Shown in pieces: positions 8,914-17,380 of a stretch of 64,000 nt of DNA. Under the pieces are notes generated by a model. The model worked only from the letters and a program-made list of their open reading frames with translations. It did no database searches and was not told where the DNA came from. The position numbers and the translations under genes are program-made. This DNA comes from a virus: the IMG/VR virus record IMGVR_UViG_3300017991_000012, positions 16,108-80,107 of that record. One strand, written 5' to 3'. Positions within the stretch are counted from its first letter, which is position 1, and each line of letters begins with the position of its first letter.

Positions 8914-9046
8914 CAGCTCTCCCTCCAAGATCAAAAGCAACCTGGTCCTCTATGGCTCAGGTCTCGACCTGGCCAACGCCCGTAAACGAACGCGGCTGTA
9001 ACCGCGCTCAAGATACTCCTCCACAATTTCCTCTGCCGTTCGCATC

Positions 9047-9667
9047 TCAGTCTCCAAACAGATACCCGAACATCTTGCAGTCCTTCTGTACCCACGGCCA
9101 CAGTGCTTCGAATATCTCGGCGTCGTAATACTCACGGTACGGACGCACGTTTCCAAGATCGTCCCTGCGGCTTGCGCTGACATTCAGGCACGGCAGCTGC
9201 GGCAGATTGTCCAGCTCCATCAGCCTGTACCAGCCGTCGCGCAGATCCTCGAACTTCAACACCGTGTCCATGATCAGCTTGCCGTCGTTATCGCACAGCC
9301 AGCGCCATTGCTGGAACCAGAACAGCATCCACGGCTTGCCATGCCTGATCTCGCCGACGCATTCGCAGCTGACAAAGATCTTCCAGATCCAGTCGCGGAA
9401 GCTCAGGTCCTCATCGCGATCGCGCTTGATACTTCCGTCCTTGGCCTCGTGCTGCCAGGTGTACAAGCTCACGATCCGGTCCCATGGGTTCCTGACTACA
9501 GCCAGCTTCTTGTAGCCGGCCCAGCGTACGGGATCGGCCTTCTGCAGCTCAAGTGCCGTATAGTGCCATTCGGCATGGCCCATCGGCCAGAGCGCCTTGC
9601 AGATACTGAAGCCCGCGCACTTGGGAATGTGCACATGCGCTATGCGGTACTGGTCGCTGAAGCCCAT
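9047..9667 (-). CDS. sulfotransferase (Sulfotransfer_2-like)
   Basis: PAPS-binding HIPKCAG.SI and VVRNPWDRIVSLY motifs; FEDL..., YYD...D..MFGY. Confidence 0.85.
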   Translation of the reverse strand: MGFSDQYRIAHVHIPKCAGFSICKALWPMGHAEWHYTALELQKADPVRWAGYKKLAVVRNPWDRIVSLYTWQHEAKDGSIKRDRDEDLSFRDWIWKIFVSCECVGEIRHGKPWMLFWFQQWRWLCDNDGKLIMDTVLKFEDLRDGWYRLMELDNLPQLPCLNVSASRRDDLGNVRPYREYYDAEIFEALWPWVQKDCKMFGYLFGD

Positions 9668-9861
9668 CAGTCTACCTCCTCGCGAGGCCAGCCATAGCTG
9701 CCTCGATCTCCAGGCTCGATCAGCTCCACACTCTCTACCTTGATCACGCCAGGCCGCCGCTCGGCGATCTCCCTAGCCTCGACCTCGTGCAAAGCATGCA
9801 CTTCGATCGTCTCATCCACGGCCTTCAGGACCGTGACCAGGTACGGTACGTTTGCGCCCAT
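9667..9861 (-). CDS. hypothetical protein
   Basis: Stop/start-coupled ORF. Confidence 0.55.
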   Translation of the reverse strand: MGANVPYLVTVLKAVDETIEVHALHEVEAREIAERRPGVIKVESVELIEPGDRGSYGWPREEVD

Positions 9862-10160
9862 CAGTTTTCCTCCGCGTATTTCTTGCGCCAGGCGTCAATG
9901 GCCTTGTGCGCCATCCTCGCATATACTGGATGCACTTCGTTTGGACCATCCGTGATCTCAAGGCTGGCTTCAAGCGCCTCTACCAGATCCCGCGCCTCAT
10001 CCCGCACACACTGCCTGATCGCCGCCACGCCTGCGGCCTTGATCTCTGCTGCCGTCATCTTGAATACAGGCACTCTGTCTGACATGATGGCGTGCATCGC
10101 CGCGTCCATGCGCCTCTGCTGCAGGTAGGCGAAAACGTCAAACGCTTCTTCTGGTGTCAT
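9861..10160 (-). CDS. hypothetical protein
   Basis: Stop/start-coupled ORF. Confidence 0.6.
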   Translation of the reverse strand: MTPEEAFDVFAYLQQRRMDAAMHAIMSDRVPVFKMTAAEIKAAGVAAIRQCVRDEARDLVEALEASLEITDGPNEVHPVYARMAHKAIDAWRKKYAEEN

Positions 10161-10576
10161 CAGCTCTCCTTAGGTGGACTGATCTTAAACCTGCAGCCAA
10201 GTTTCAGATCCGGATGCGGCATGTAGATCGTGAACGACCACTCGTCTTTGAGCATTCCCAAGTGCGTCTCCGGATCACGGATGCAGCACTCTGGCACGTC
10301 CAGGATCTCAGACAGGATCGCCTTCAGCTTCTCAGGATGCCCTGGCTGCTTATCCCATCTGGCCAGCGTCCGGTTCACGCTTTCAAGCAGCTTCGCCTTG
10401 TACTCGGCCATGCCCTCCGGCGTGTCGTACAGCTCGATCCGGATCATCAGCTGCTCGCCGCACGACCAGCACTTGAACTTGAACGGACGGCCGTCGATCG
10501 CCTTCAGCCAGAATACCTCGCGGCATTTCCAGCAGCGGCGTCTGACATCGTGTACCTTGATCTCGTGCTCGATCAT
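10160..10576 (-). CDS. zinc-ribbon hypothetical protein
   Basis: CWKC...CWSC; ATGA overlap. Confidence 0.55.
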   Translation of the reverse strand: MIEHEIKVHDVRRRCWKCREVFWLKAIDGRPFKFKCWSCGEQLMIRIELYDTPEGMAEYKAKLLESVNRTLARWDKQPGHPEKLKAILSEILDVPECCIRDPETHLGMLKDEWSFTIYMPHPDLKLGCRFKISPPKES

Positions 10577-10812
10577 CTTTTCTTCCTGAACCTGTCGGAT
10601 GCTGGGCAGTCCGCGAAGTGAGAAATGAACGCCTGGCTCACGGGGAACTTCTTGTGCTCGCCGTTCGGCTTCTTGTTCTTGGTCAGCACCCACCAGATGT
10701 CGGCACCGCAACCACGGCACTGACTGCGGTCTCCGATCTGATCCAACAGCTTCGCCATCCGCTCTTCCAGATCAACCAGTTCCTGCTTCGGTACGAATTC
10801 GCCTGCCATCAT
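10573..10812 (-). CDS. small zinc-binding hypothetical protein
   Basis: CRGCGADIWW...SHFADCP. Confidence 0.6.
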   Translation of the reverse strand: MMAGEFVPKQELVDLEERMAKLLDQIGDRSQCRGCGADIWWVLTKNKKPNGEHKKFPVSQAFISHFADCPASDRFRKKR

Positions 10813-11171
10813 TTCTCCTCGTCTGATTGCCAACTCGTTCCGCCTATGCAGATCGCTCCAGGATCTTCTCGCCATTCTACGATGGTTTGATTGAATACAT
10901 TCTCGTCGCGTTCAGTCCACGTTCCTTTGGCCTTTTCGTATGCGCGAATCAGCCTGTACACCTCCAGGTAGTACGGTTCGTCACAGGCCACGACAATGAA
11001 CGGCTTGCCTTTTTTCAGCAGCTTTCCTGCCCTGCTATCAAGAAGGAACTCCATCTCTGCCACTCGCTTCTGTTCCTCGCGGCGAATCTGTGCTTGGATC
11101 TGCCGCTCCTCGCGGCGAATCTGTGCTTGGATCTGCCGCGCCTTTTGTGCCTTCGTCAGCTTCTTTGTCAT
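10809..11171 (-). CDS. hypothetical protein
   Basis: ORF with AAGGAG RBS; contains an 11-aa duplication. Confidence 0.6.
   Translation of the reverse strand: MTKKLTKAQKARQIQAQIRREERQIQAQIRREEQKRVAEMEFLLDSRAGKLLKKGKPFIVVACDEPYYLEVYRLIRAYEKAKGTWTERDENVFNQTIVEWREDPGAICIGGTSWQSDEEK
11074..11139. repeat. exact 33-bp tandem duplication (RQIQAQIRREE x2)
   Basis: tcctcgcggcgaatctgtgcttggatctgccgc repeated twice. Confidence 0.95.
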
Positions 11172-11186
11172 CAGAACATCTCCTTC

Positions 11187-11474
11187 TCAAGGTCTTCGAT
11201 AACCGCCAGCCTTTGCCGAGAACAGGTTCTTCATCGAACTCCATAGAAGATCCCTGAACTCATACCAGGTCAGGAATGTCTTGGCATTACCCTTTCCCTT
11301 CTTGCCTAGCCACTTTCCGTCGCTCCTGACACGGTATCTGGCAGCCATATCCCTATGGAGACCATAACGCCAGCGTTCTATGAAGTCAGTAGCGCGGAAC
11401 AGCTCAACTTTGTGCGTTCTCTTGCCAGGAATCTTGAGCAAGAACGTCATCACCGGCTTTCGCTTCTCTCCCAT
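11187..11474 (-). CDS. basic hypothetical protein
   Basis: ORF. Confidence 0.55.
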   Translation of the reverse strand: MGEKRKPVMTFLLKIPGKRTHKVELFRATDFIERWRYGLHRDMAARYRVRSDGKWLGKKGKGNAKTFLTWYEFRDLLWSSMKNLFSAKAGGYRRP

Positions 11475-11684
11475 TGTAAACCCTTTACAAGATCACGGAT
11501 AGCGATCGCCTCCGAGGCCCGGATCCACCGCGAGGCCACGGCGACAGCCTCGGCGCAACGAGAGCTGCTCATGAACCAGTCGTGACAAGTACTAGTTTTT
11601 TGTGCTCGGAAATCACAGCAATCTTTCCTCGCAAGTCGTTCGCCGTCAACGAATCTTCCCGGCAGCCGTCGAGACGCTACGCAA

Positions 11685-12200
11685 TCAGAACAGCCTTCCT
11701 TCTACCTTCCGCGGCGCCATGCCCATCATCTCCTCGTAGTCGTACTTCTCGCCCAGCGCCTGGCGGATCGACAGCGGCTCGCCCTCAGAGAAGCCCAGGC
11801 AGTGCTTGTTGTAGACGAACGCATACTTCTCGATCGTGATCTTGCCCTCGACGAACTCCCGGCCCTTCTGCGTGATACGCCAGTCGCCGCTGCCGACCTT
11901 CTTGCCGCCGACCAGATCAAACCGCTGTTCGATCAAATCCCAATAGCGGCTCTTGGCAAAGTCGCCCGCGCCTCTGGTGATCTGCAAGATCCGGTCGCTG
12001 CTCGCAACGTGCAGCCAGCCGATTCCTTCCTCATCGACCTTGTACATCTCGACCAGGAACTTGGCCATCGTCCGGTTGAACTTGCGTCGGTATACTTTCA
12101 CGTTCTGCTTGCAAACGCAGCATATGCATCCATCTGGTTCACGTGCCTTCTCGCGGAGGATCTTCCTCGCCTCCGCGACTGTCATCAGATCCCAGTTCAT
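11685..12200 (-). CDS. hypothetical protein (Zn ribbon + winged helix-like)
   Basis: CICCVC...WDLIE...WRITQKGREF. Confidence 0.65.
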   Translation of the reverse strand: MNWDLMTVAEARKILREKAREPDGCICCVCKQNVKVYRRKFNRTMAKFLVEMYKVDEEGIGWLHVASSDRILQITRGAGDFAKSRYWDLIEQRFDLVGGKKVGSGDWRITQKGREFVEGKITIEKYAFVYNKHCLGFSEGEPLSIRQALGEKYDYEEMMGMAPRKVEGRLF

Positions 12201-12402
12201 CTCCCTGCCTCCATAGCCTCCGAATGAAGTTGATGATCATGGTCAAAAAAAGCACCGGCCACAACACCCCCGTGATTATGGCCAGCGCGTCCTGTCTGAA
12301 CTTGTGCTCCTGGCACAGATCCTCGTCGCCTACAATCGCTCCTTGAGCTACGTGGATCATCCAGGCTGCTATCAGCAGATAGGCCACAACTACCAGGCTC
12401 AT
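12139..12402 (-). CDS. small membrane protein (2 TM)
   Basis: Two hydrophobic segments. Confidence 0.55.
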   Translation of the reverse strand: MSLVVVAYLLIAAWMIHVAQGAIVGDEDLCQEHKFRQDALAIITGVLWPVLFLTMIINFIRRLWRQGDELGSDDSRGGEEDPPREGT

Positions 12403-13415
12403 TTCGCCGTCGCAGCCTCCTTCTCGTCGATCAGATTCAGGTACGTCGTGTAAACCGTTGACGCAGCAGCACTATCGCCAGGATGTAGCTCGTCCCAGCT
12501 ATCAAATCCGCACCTGTTCAGCGCCTCGATCACCATATCCGCGTTGTTCCTGCCGGCCTTTACCAGCCGCTGATAGGCCTCAGAAGGCTCCTGTGTGGCC
12601 TCGAACAGCGTGCCGTTGGATTCGGTATCCTCAGCCGCTTTCTTTGCAGTAGCGTCCTCTGGTGCGCCTCCTGTGGGCTTCTGGAAGGTATCCGGTCCCT
12701 TCGGTTGCGTGCCGCTGTCTGGCAACTGTGTCGTTTCGACAATCCTGGCCTCTCCCAGGTCCTCGATCTCACCATCCTGCTGTGGCATTCTGCCGTTGGT
12801 CACGATCTCCAGGATCTCGGCGCCCATCTTGCGCTTGGCCTTGGCTCTCACCGCGTCCGGACCCATCCTGCGGTTGACTACGATCTGGAACGTGCGCTCT
12901 ACCTTGCGCATCTCGCCATTGAATGAGAACTTGGCCCTGACCTGGACCGTCGCCTCGCGCTCGCCCGTGATCTTGTACGGCAAGACCTCCATCTCGTACG
13001 CGTCCATCTTCGGCAAGCGCTTCAGCTGGCTCTTCACCCCGTTCTTCGTCTTATACAGCTGCCCGCTGATGATATTGAAGTGGTTGCCGCAGATCGGCAA
13101 GCCCTGCATCGTGGCATCGATCAACACGTGCTTGACCACCGGCCACGGATACCCGCCCTCGTCGTCCTTGTCTGTCTTGAACCCCAGCGTGTGACCCTGC
13201 AGCCACATCACCGCATCCTTGATCTGAGGCGTGTCAATCAGCTCCGTCAGGGCCTTGATCGCCTCGCCCGTGCGTTGCATGTCGCTGAACGCGCCCACCA
13301 GATCCTCGCTAACCAAGCCGTTCAAGTAGTTCTCGCTGATCTCGGTCGCGATCTTGTCCAGCTCCATCAGCCGCTGCTCTCGCGTCATTACCTCCTGCTT
13401 TTCCTTTTTGGCCAT
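12399..13415 (-). CDS. putative single-strand annealing protein (RecT-like)
   Basis: Adjacent to the exonuclease gene; ATMQGL...HFNII..QLY.T.NG core; acidic tail. Confidence 0.5.
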   Translation of the reverse strand: MAKKEKQEVMTREQRLMELDKIATEISENYLNGLVSEDLVGAFSDMQRTGEAIKALTELIDTPQIKDAVMWLQGHTLGFKTDKDDEGGYPWPVVKHVLIDATMQGLPICGNHFNIISGQLYKTKNGVKSQLKRLPKMDAYEMEVLPYKITGEREATVQVRAKFSFNGEMRKVERTFQIVVNRRMGPDAVRAKAKRKMGAEILEIVTNGRMPQQDGEIEDLGEARIVETTQLPDSGTQPKGPDTFQKPTGGAPEDATAKKAAEDTESNGTLFEATQEPSEAYQRLVKAGRNNADMVIEALNRCGFDSWDELHPGDSAAASTVYTTYLNLIDEKEAATAK

Positions 13416-13462
13416 CGTTGGCTCCTCCCTACACAAAAAAAGTCCTCTTGCCGGATATTGTG

Positions 13463-13494
13463 AGTCTATCAGATGTCCTTCTCTTTGTCAAGTG
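13463..13494 (-). promoter_or_regulatory. sigma70-type promoter TTGACA-17-TAGACT
   Basis: CACTTGACAAA motif copy. Confidence 0.75.
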
Positions 13495-13501
13495 ATTTCG
13501 T

Positions 13502-14464
13502 CTACTCCCAGACCAATTCTCTCCTCACCAGCGTTTCGTCCACCTCCTTCTGCGCATCCTCGCATTGTCCAGGCCAACAGATCGGCTCGAACGGACACGG
13601 CTCGTTGTACATCCCCTGGCATGCGGTCGGGTTCTTCGGCCACTCGCCCGCTTCTTCGTACGATCTGAACAGCCTCACGGCCTGGACGATGATCTCGAAG
13701 ATGTAGTCGAATCGGATCGGTCTGAACCTGACCTCACCCGCGTCCTTGGCCACGCCCTTGACCGTCAGCAGCTTCGGCAGCTGAAAGCAGCCGATGTCGT
13801 TCACATCATCCCCGCCCAACGCAGCCCACAGATATCGGTAGAACGACAGCTGCGTGTTGTACATCGTCATCTTGGCCTTGTTCGCATCTGCCTTGCCGGT
13901 CTTGATATCGCGCAGGCACAGATGCTCATCCTCGGCCCTGACCAGCAGATCCATCCTGCCTCTCATGCAGAAATTCAGATCGGCTATCTCCTGTTCGGAA
14001 ATCTCCAGCCTCTCCGGGTTCGGATTCTGCGGATCGGCCTTGAGCCTGAATTCGCACTCGATCACGCTCTCAGACGGATACCGCTTCTCCTGCCAGACCT
14101 CCATCTGCGCCTGTGCTATCCTCGGCAGCCTGTCCTTCTCCTTCTCCGGCACCTCGACCGGCTCCTGCTCGCCTGTCGCAGGATCGATCGTCGCCTCCGT
14201 CTCCACCATCTGCCTTACCTCAGCCACCGCCAGCGCCGGATCCACATCGCCTTCGGCCGGCACCTTGTTCCCGTCCTTGTCCCTCTTGCTGTACGGTCTT
14301 TCAGCATGCTTGTGGATGATCGATCCGAACGGGAAATAATGCGGCGTCTTGCGCTTGCGCCAGCCGTCCGCGTACAGCTTGCATTTCATCGGGCACTCGT
14401 GTACGTTCATCACACGGACTCCGCTCCCTCCAGTAGGACTCACATACAGCTTCTTCAACTCCAT
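13502..14464 (-). CDS. PD-(D/E)XK exonuclease, AddB/Cas4-like with four conserved Cys
   Basis: ECP...FG..IH...RGRMDL...DIKTG...QLSFY...C...CPF...C. Confidence 0.85.
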   Translation of the reverse strand: MELKKLYVSPTGGSGVRVMNVHECPMKCKLYADGWRKRKTPHYFPFGSIIHKHAERPYSKRDKDGNKVPAEGDVDPALAVAEVRQMVETEATIDPATGEQEPVEVPEKEKDRLPRIAQAQMEVWQEKRYPSESVIECEFRLKADPQNPNPERLEISEQEIADLNFCMRGRMDLLVRAEDEHLCLRDIKTGKADANKAKMTMYNTQLSFYRYLWAALGGDDVNDIGCFQLPKLLTVKGVAKDAGEVRFRPIRFDYIFEIIVQAVRLFRSYEEAGEWPKNPTACQGMYNEPCPFEPICWPGQCEDAQKEVDETLVRRELVWE

Positions 14465-14491
14465 CCGATTCTCCTTGAGAAATCATGAGAC

Positions 14492-14542
14492 AAAAAAAGG
14501 GCAGGTCTGATCAAGATGTTCGCCCGGTTGCCAGACCTGCCC
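14492..14542 (-). terminator. intrinsic terminator (GGGCAGGTCTG/CAGACCTGCCC stem + T7)
   Basis: 11-bp inverted repeat with a large loop, followed by a T run on the minus strand. Confidence 0.6.
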
Positions 14543-14547
14543 AGCGG

Positions 14548-14748
14548 CTACCCCTCCACACCGCCCTTCGGTGGAGGACCCTTTTCTTCCGCGATCAATA
14601 CCAGCCTGCTCTTGCTTCCGCTGTCGCTGAACTCCTGCTCCAGCTTGGCCGATGCAATCGGCACGGCCTTGCCCCCGACAAGGACAAACATCTCAAGCCC
14701 GCCCGTCTCCTTGCCCCTTGCCAACGTTTTCAGCTGCTTGACCTGCAT
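14548..14748 (-). CDS. hypothetical protein
   Basis: GGAGG RBS before MQVKQL. Confidence 0.55.
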   Translation of the reverse strand: MQVKQLKTLARGKETGGLEMFVLVGGKAVPIASAKLEQEFSDSGSKSRLVLIAEEKGPPPKGGVEG

Positions 14749-15023
14749 TTTGCCCTCCATTCTTTGACGACATTGAAAAGCTCGATTCCCATACCAGCCT
14801 GGCACCCTCTTCTCGCCAGCCTCTTTGTCGCAAACACTGCGAACGCCTGCGGTACGAAATGCCTCACGCTCCGCAGTTCGCCAACCTCGATACTGCGTAC
14901 GACACCTGCCATGATGCCACTCACCAGCCAGTCGCTCATCGCCTGCCGGCTCACGCCAAGCATGCTGGAGAATTGGGACAGGCTGATGCAGTCCTGGCCT
15001 TCGATCTGTCGTGGATTTGTCAT
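14730..15023 (-). CDS. HTH DNA-binding protein (excisionase/Cro-like), probably leaderless
   Basis: ISLSQFSSMLGVSRQAMSDWL HTH; ATG lies at the predicted +1 of the promoter. Confidence 0.6.
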   Translation of the reverse strand: MTNPRQIEGQDCISLSQFSSMLGVSRQAMSDWLVSGIMAGVVRSIEVGELRSVRHFVPQAFAVFATKRLARRGCQAGMGIELFNVVKEWRAKCRSSS

Positions 15024-15030
15024 GAACACT

Positions 15031-15062
15031 ACCATACACCCCTGGTCCCCGTTTGTCAAGTG
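15031..15062 (-). promoter_or_regulatory. sigma70-type promoter TTGACA-17-TATGGT
   Basis: CACTTGACAAA motif copy. Confidence 0.75.
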
Positions 15063-15553
15063 AGTTGTGTTGACAAAGTCGGCCTCAACATATCGTCCCT
15101 GACCAAACCACTGCTGAAAGCGCCAGTCCATTACCCTTCGTGGCACACCTGCCGCGCCTGGTCCATCCAAGGCTCTGCAAAGCATCCTCATCCCGCCTGG
15201 CGCATCCCGTCGTGTCATACTATTCCACTGCGGGCCATGTCGCACTTAGCCACTGCGGATCACACCTGGCCTACCCAATCAAACAGCATCACCCCACTTC
15301 TTTCCTCGGTGGCATCTTTTCTCCTTTGCCGGAAAACAAAACAATCGAGTAGTACCACAGTCACCGCTCAATTCATTGGCCCTCCTTCCGAACGATGTTG
15401 CTACTCGTTCACACAAAAAAGCCGGAGATGGTCTTGGTCACTCAGGAGACCCGCTATGTGTAGCAGGTTTTGATATGACTTCCGACCCTCGCGGGTTACG
15501 GCATCTCCGGCAAGATTCTCAGCGCTTCCTCCTGATCAGTGCAAGACAACACT

Positions 15554-15585
15554 ATTCTACTCCGCAGTCTCCACTTTGTCAAGTG
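15554..15585 (-). promoter_or_regulatory. sigma70-type promoter TTGACA-17-TAGAAT
   Basis: CACTTGACAAA motif copy. Confidence 0.8.
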
Positions 15586-15589
15586 AAAT

Positions 15590-15856
15590 TCACGCTAGAT
15601 CGTAGAAAGTCGAAACCCCGACCTTGAACACCGCGCACAGTCCAGCCAGCACATCGCCACGCGGCTGAACCCGCCTGCCGTTCAGTAACTCGCGGATCAC
15701 GTACGGCCCGCACATAACGCCCCTCATCCCCAGCTCCTTCGCCAGGTCATACGCATCCAGCTTGTGTCTGCGCATCAGCGCCTCCAGCTTCTGCCGCTTG
15801 AACGGCGTCACCTGCGCCATGCGCTTCATCGTGCCCTTTGTCGATTTCTTTGCCAT
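15590..15856 (-). CDS. XRE/Cro-C1 family HTH regulator
   Basis: LEALMRRHKL...LAKELG...IRELLNG...P...LAGLCAVFKV. Confidence 0.75.
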   Translation of the reverse strand: MAKKSTKGTMKRMAQVTPFKRQKLEALMRRHKLDAYDLAKELGMRGVMCGPYVIRELLNGRRVQPRGDVLAGLCAVFKVGVSTFYDLA

Positions 15857-15929
15857 CGTCACTCCTCGCCTGCCGGTCCATACCATATCCAATCGGACCT
15901 GTCCTAGTCACTCCTTGACCCGCCTGCCG

Positions 15930-16217
15930 TTACTCTCTCTTCGACTTGCCGATCTCGATGTTCACGCCCTGTCTGGCTCTGATGCTTGTGGCGATCATCG
16001 ACTCATCGGCTTCTGTCGAGAACGCCGGGCAGTCGCCTTCCATCCACAGCGGATCAAACGACTGCGGAAAAGCGAACTGGCCCTGTACCTTTCCTCGTGC
16101 CGTGCTCTTTGGCATCTGGTGCTCGCTCTTGTCCCAGTCGTAGACACACGTGATGTTGATGTCGTTCTCGATCTCACGCCTGTACGCACACCTCGGACAC
16201 TTCGGGTTCTCCTGCAT
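15930..16217 (-). CDS. Cys-containing hypothetical protein
   Basis: CPRC...FPQSFDPLW..C. Confidence 0.6.
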   Translation of the reverse strand: MQENPKCPRCAYRREIENDINITCVYDWDKSEHQMPKSTARGKVQGQFAFPQSFDPLWMEGDCPAFSTEADESMIATSIRARQGVNIEIGKSKRE

Positions 16218-16228
16218 CTGGTGCCTTT

Positions 16229-17260
16229 CTAGTCGTTCACCGCCCTCAAGATCAGCTCGTACTCGCGATCGTCCAATGCGAATTCAGACACCTGCTCCTT
16301 TCCAAACAGCTTGCAGACCATGTCCCAGTTGTGCCCGCCTTTGCCAGGCCTCATCGACAGTCCACGGCTTTGTTCCTCCTTCAGCTTCCGTTCGGCCTCG
16401 ATCCTGGCCTGCTTCTCTGCCACGGCCTTGGCCTCAGCCTCTTCCTTGGCCCTGGTCTCTGCCTCTGCCTTTCGACGTTCCTCGGCCTGCTTCTGCTCTA
16501 GCAACTCACGCTCAGCCGCTTCCTTCGCCTTGCGTTCGGCCTCGATCTTCGCCTCAGCCTCTTGGCGAATCTTGCGCTCAGCCTCCTCTTTCGCCCTGCG
16601 CTCGGCTTCGATCTTGGCCTCTGCCTCTTCCCTGGCCTTGCGCTCCTGCTCCAGCTTCTCCCGCGCAGCCGCAAGCTCAGCCTGCTCCTTCTCGCGATCG
16701 AAGACTCTCACCAGCGCCCGGCCGATCTTCTGTACCGCCTGCGCCTTGATCGCCTCCGCATGCTCGGTAAATTCCGCAAAGTGCTCCTTCGTCACCTCTC
16801 TGGCGGTTACCTCTTCCAGCACCTGGCGGATCTGCTCCGACTTCATATCCTCCAGATCCAACGCCGCGTCGTTCATCTCCTGGATCCTGGCCTTGATTCC
16901 TTCGACTCGCTCGCGTTCGATCCGCTCCTTTTCCGCCTTCTCAGCAGCCTTCCTGTCATCCACCTCCTTCTTCGTCGCCTTCAGCGGCTGCTCGATCGAC
17001 AGCAGCTCGGCCGTGATCCTCTTGGCCTCTGCATCAACTCTGCGGCCCCACTCCAGCGCATCGGCCTTCAGCGCCTTGCGCATCTTCTCCACGCCCGTCC
17101 TGAGCGTCACGACCTCGCCAATCGCCTTGCGCACGTGATCGTAGCCCTCCCTGTCGCTGATCGTCAGGCCCGTGTACCGCTCCTTCAGATCCGCGATCGT
17201 CGCGTCCGTCACATCGTACTTCACAACTGCCGTCATCTTCTCGCCCGTTACCTCACTCAT
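16229..17260 (-). CDS. long coiled-coil phage protein (DUF1351-like N-terminus)
   Basis: RTGVEKMRKALK...GRRVDAEAKRI...IEQPL followed by E/A/K/R-rich repeats. Confidence 0.7.
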   Translation of the reverse strand: MSEVTGEKMTAVVKYDVTDATIADLKERYTGLTISDREGYDHVRKAIGEVVTLRTGVEKMRKALKADALEWGRRVDAEAKRITAELLSIEQPLKATKKEVDDRKAAEKAEKERIERERVEGIKARIQEMNDAALDLEDMKSEQIRQVLEEVTAREVTKEHFAEFTEHAEAIKAQAVQKIGRALVRVFDREKEQAELAAAREKLEQERKAREEAEAKIEAERRAKEEAERKIRQEAEAKIEAERKAKEAAERELLEQKQAEERRKAEAETRAKEEAEAKAVAEKQARIEAERKLKEEQSRGLSMRPGKGGHNWDMVCKLFGKEQVSEFALDDREYELILRAVND

Positions 17261-17380
17261 CATCTCCTCCTTTGCCGAAGGCTTGGGGCGCGGCCCGGAT
17301 TTCATCGCTACGGGACCGGCTGGTTACGGCGATTGCTCTATCCGTACGGCGCCCGAACGCCGCCGCGCCCTTGGCCAAAT

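Noticed and set aside
13502-14464. Cas4 as part of a CRISPR system
   Set aside because: It lies beside a RecT-like gene, has no cas1/cas2 and is 7.5 kb from the array. A phage recombination exonuclease is the simpler reading.
17275-17378. tRNA or twister ribozyme
   Set aside because: It lacks tRNA D/T-loop consensus, and only a fragment (GCCGGTCCC) resembles twister
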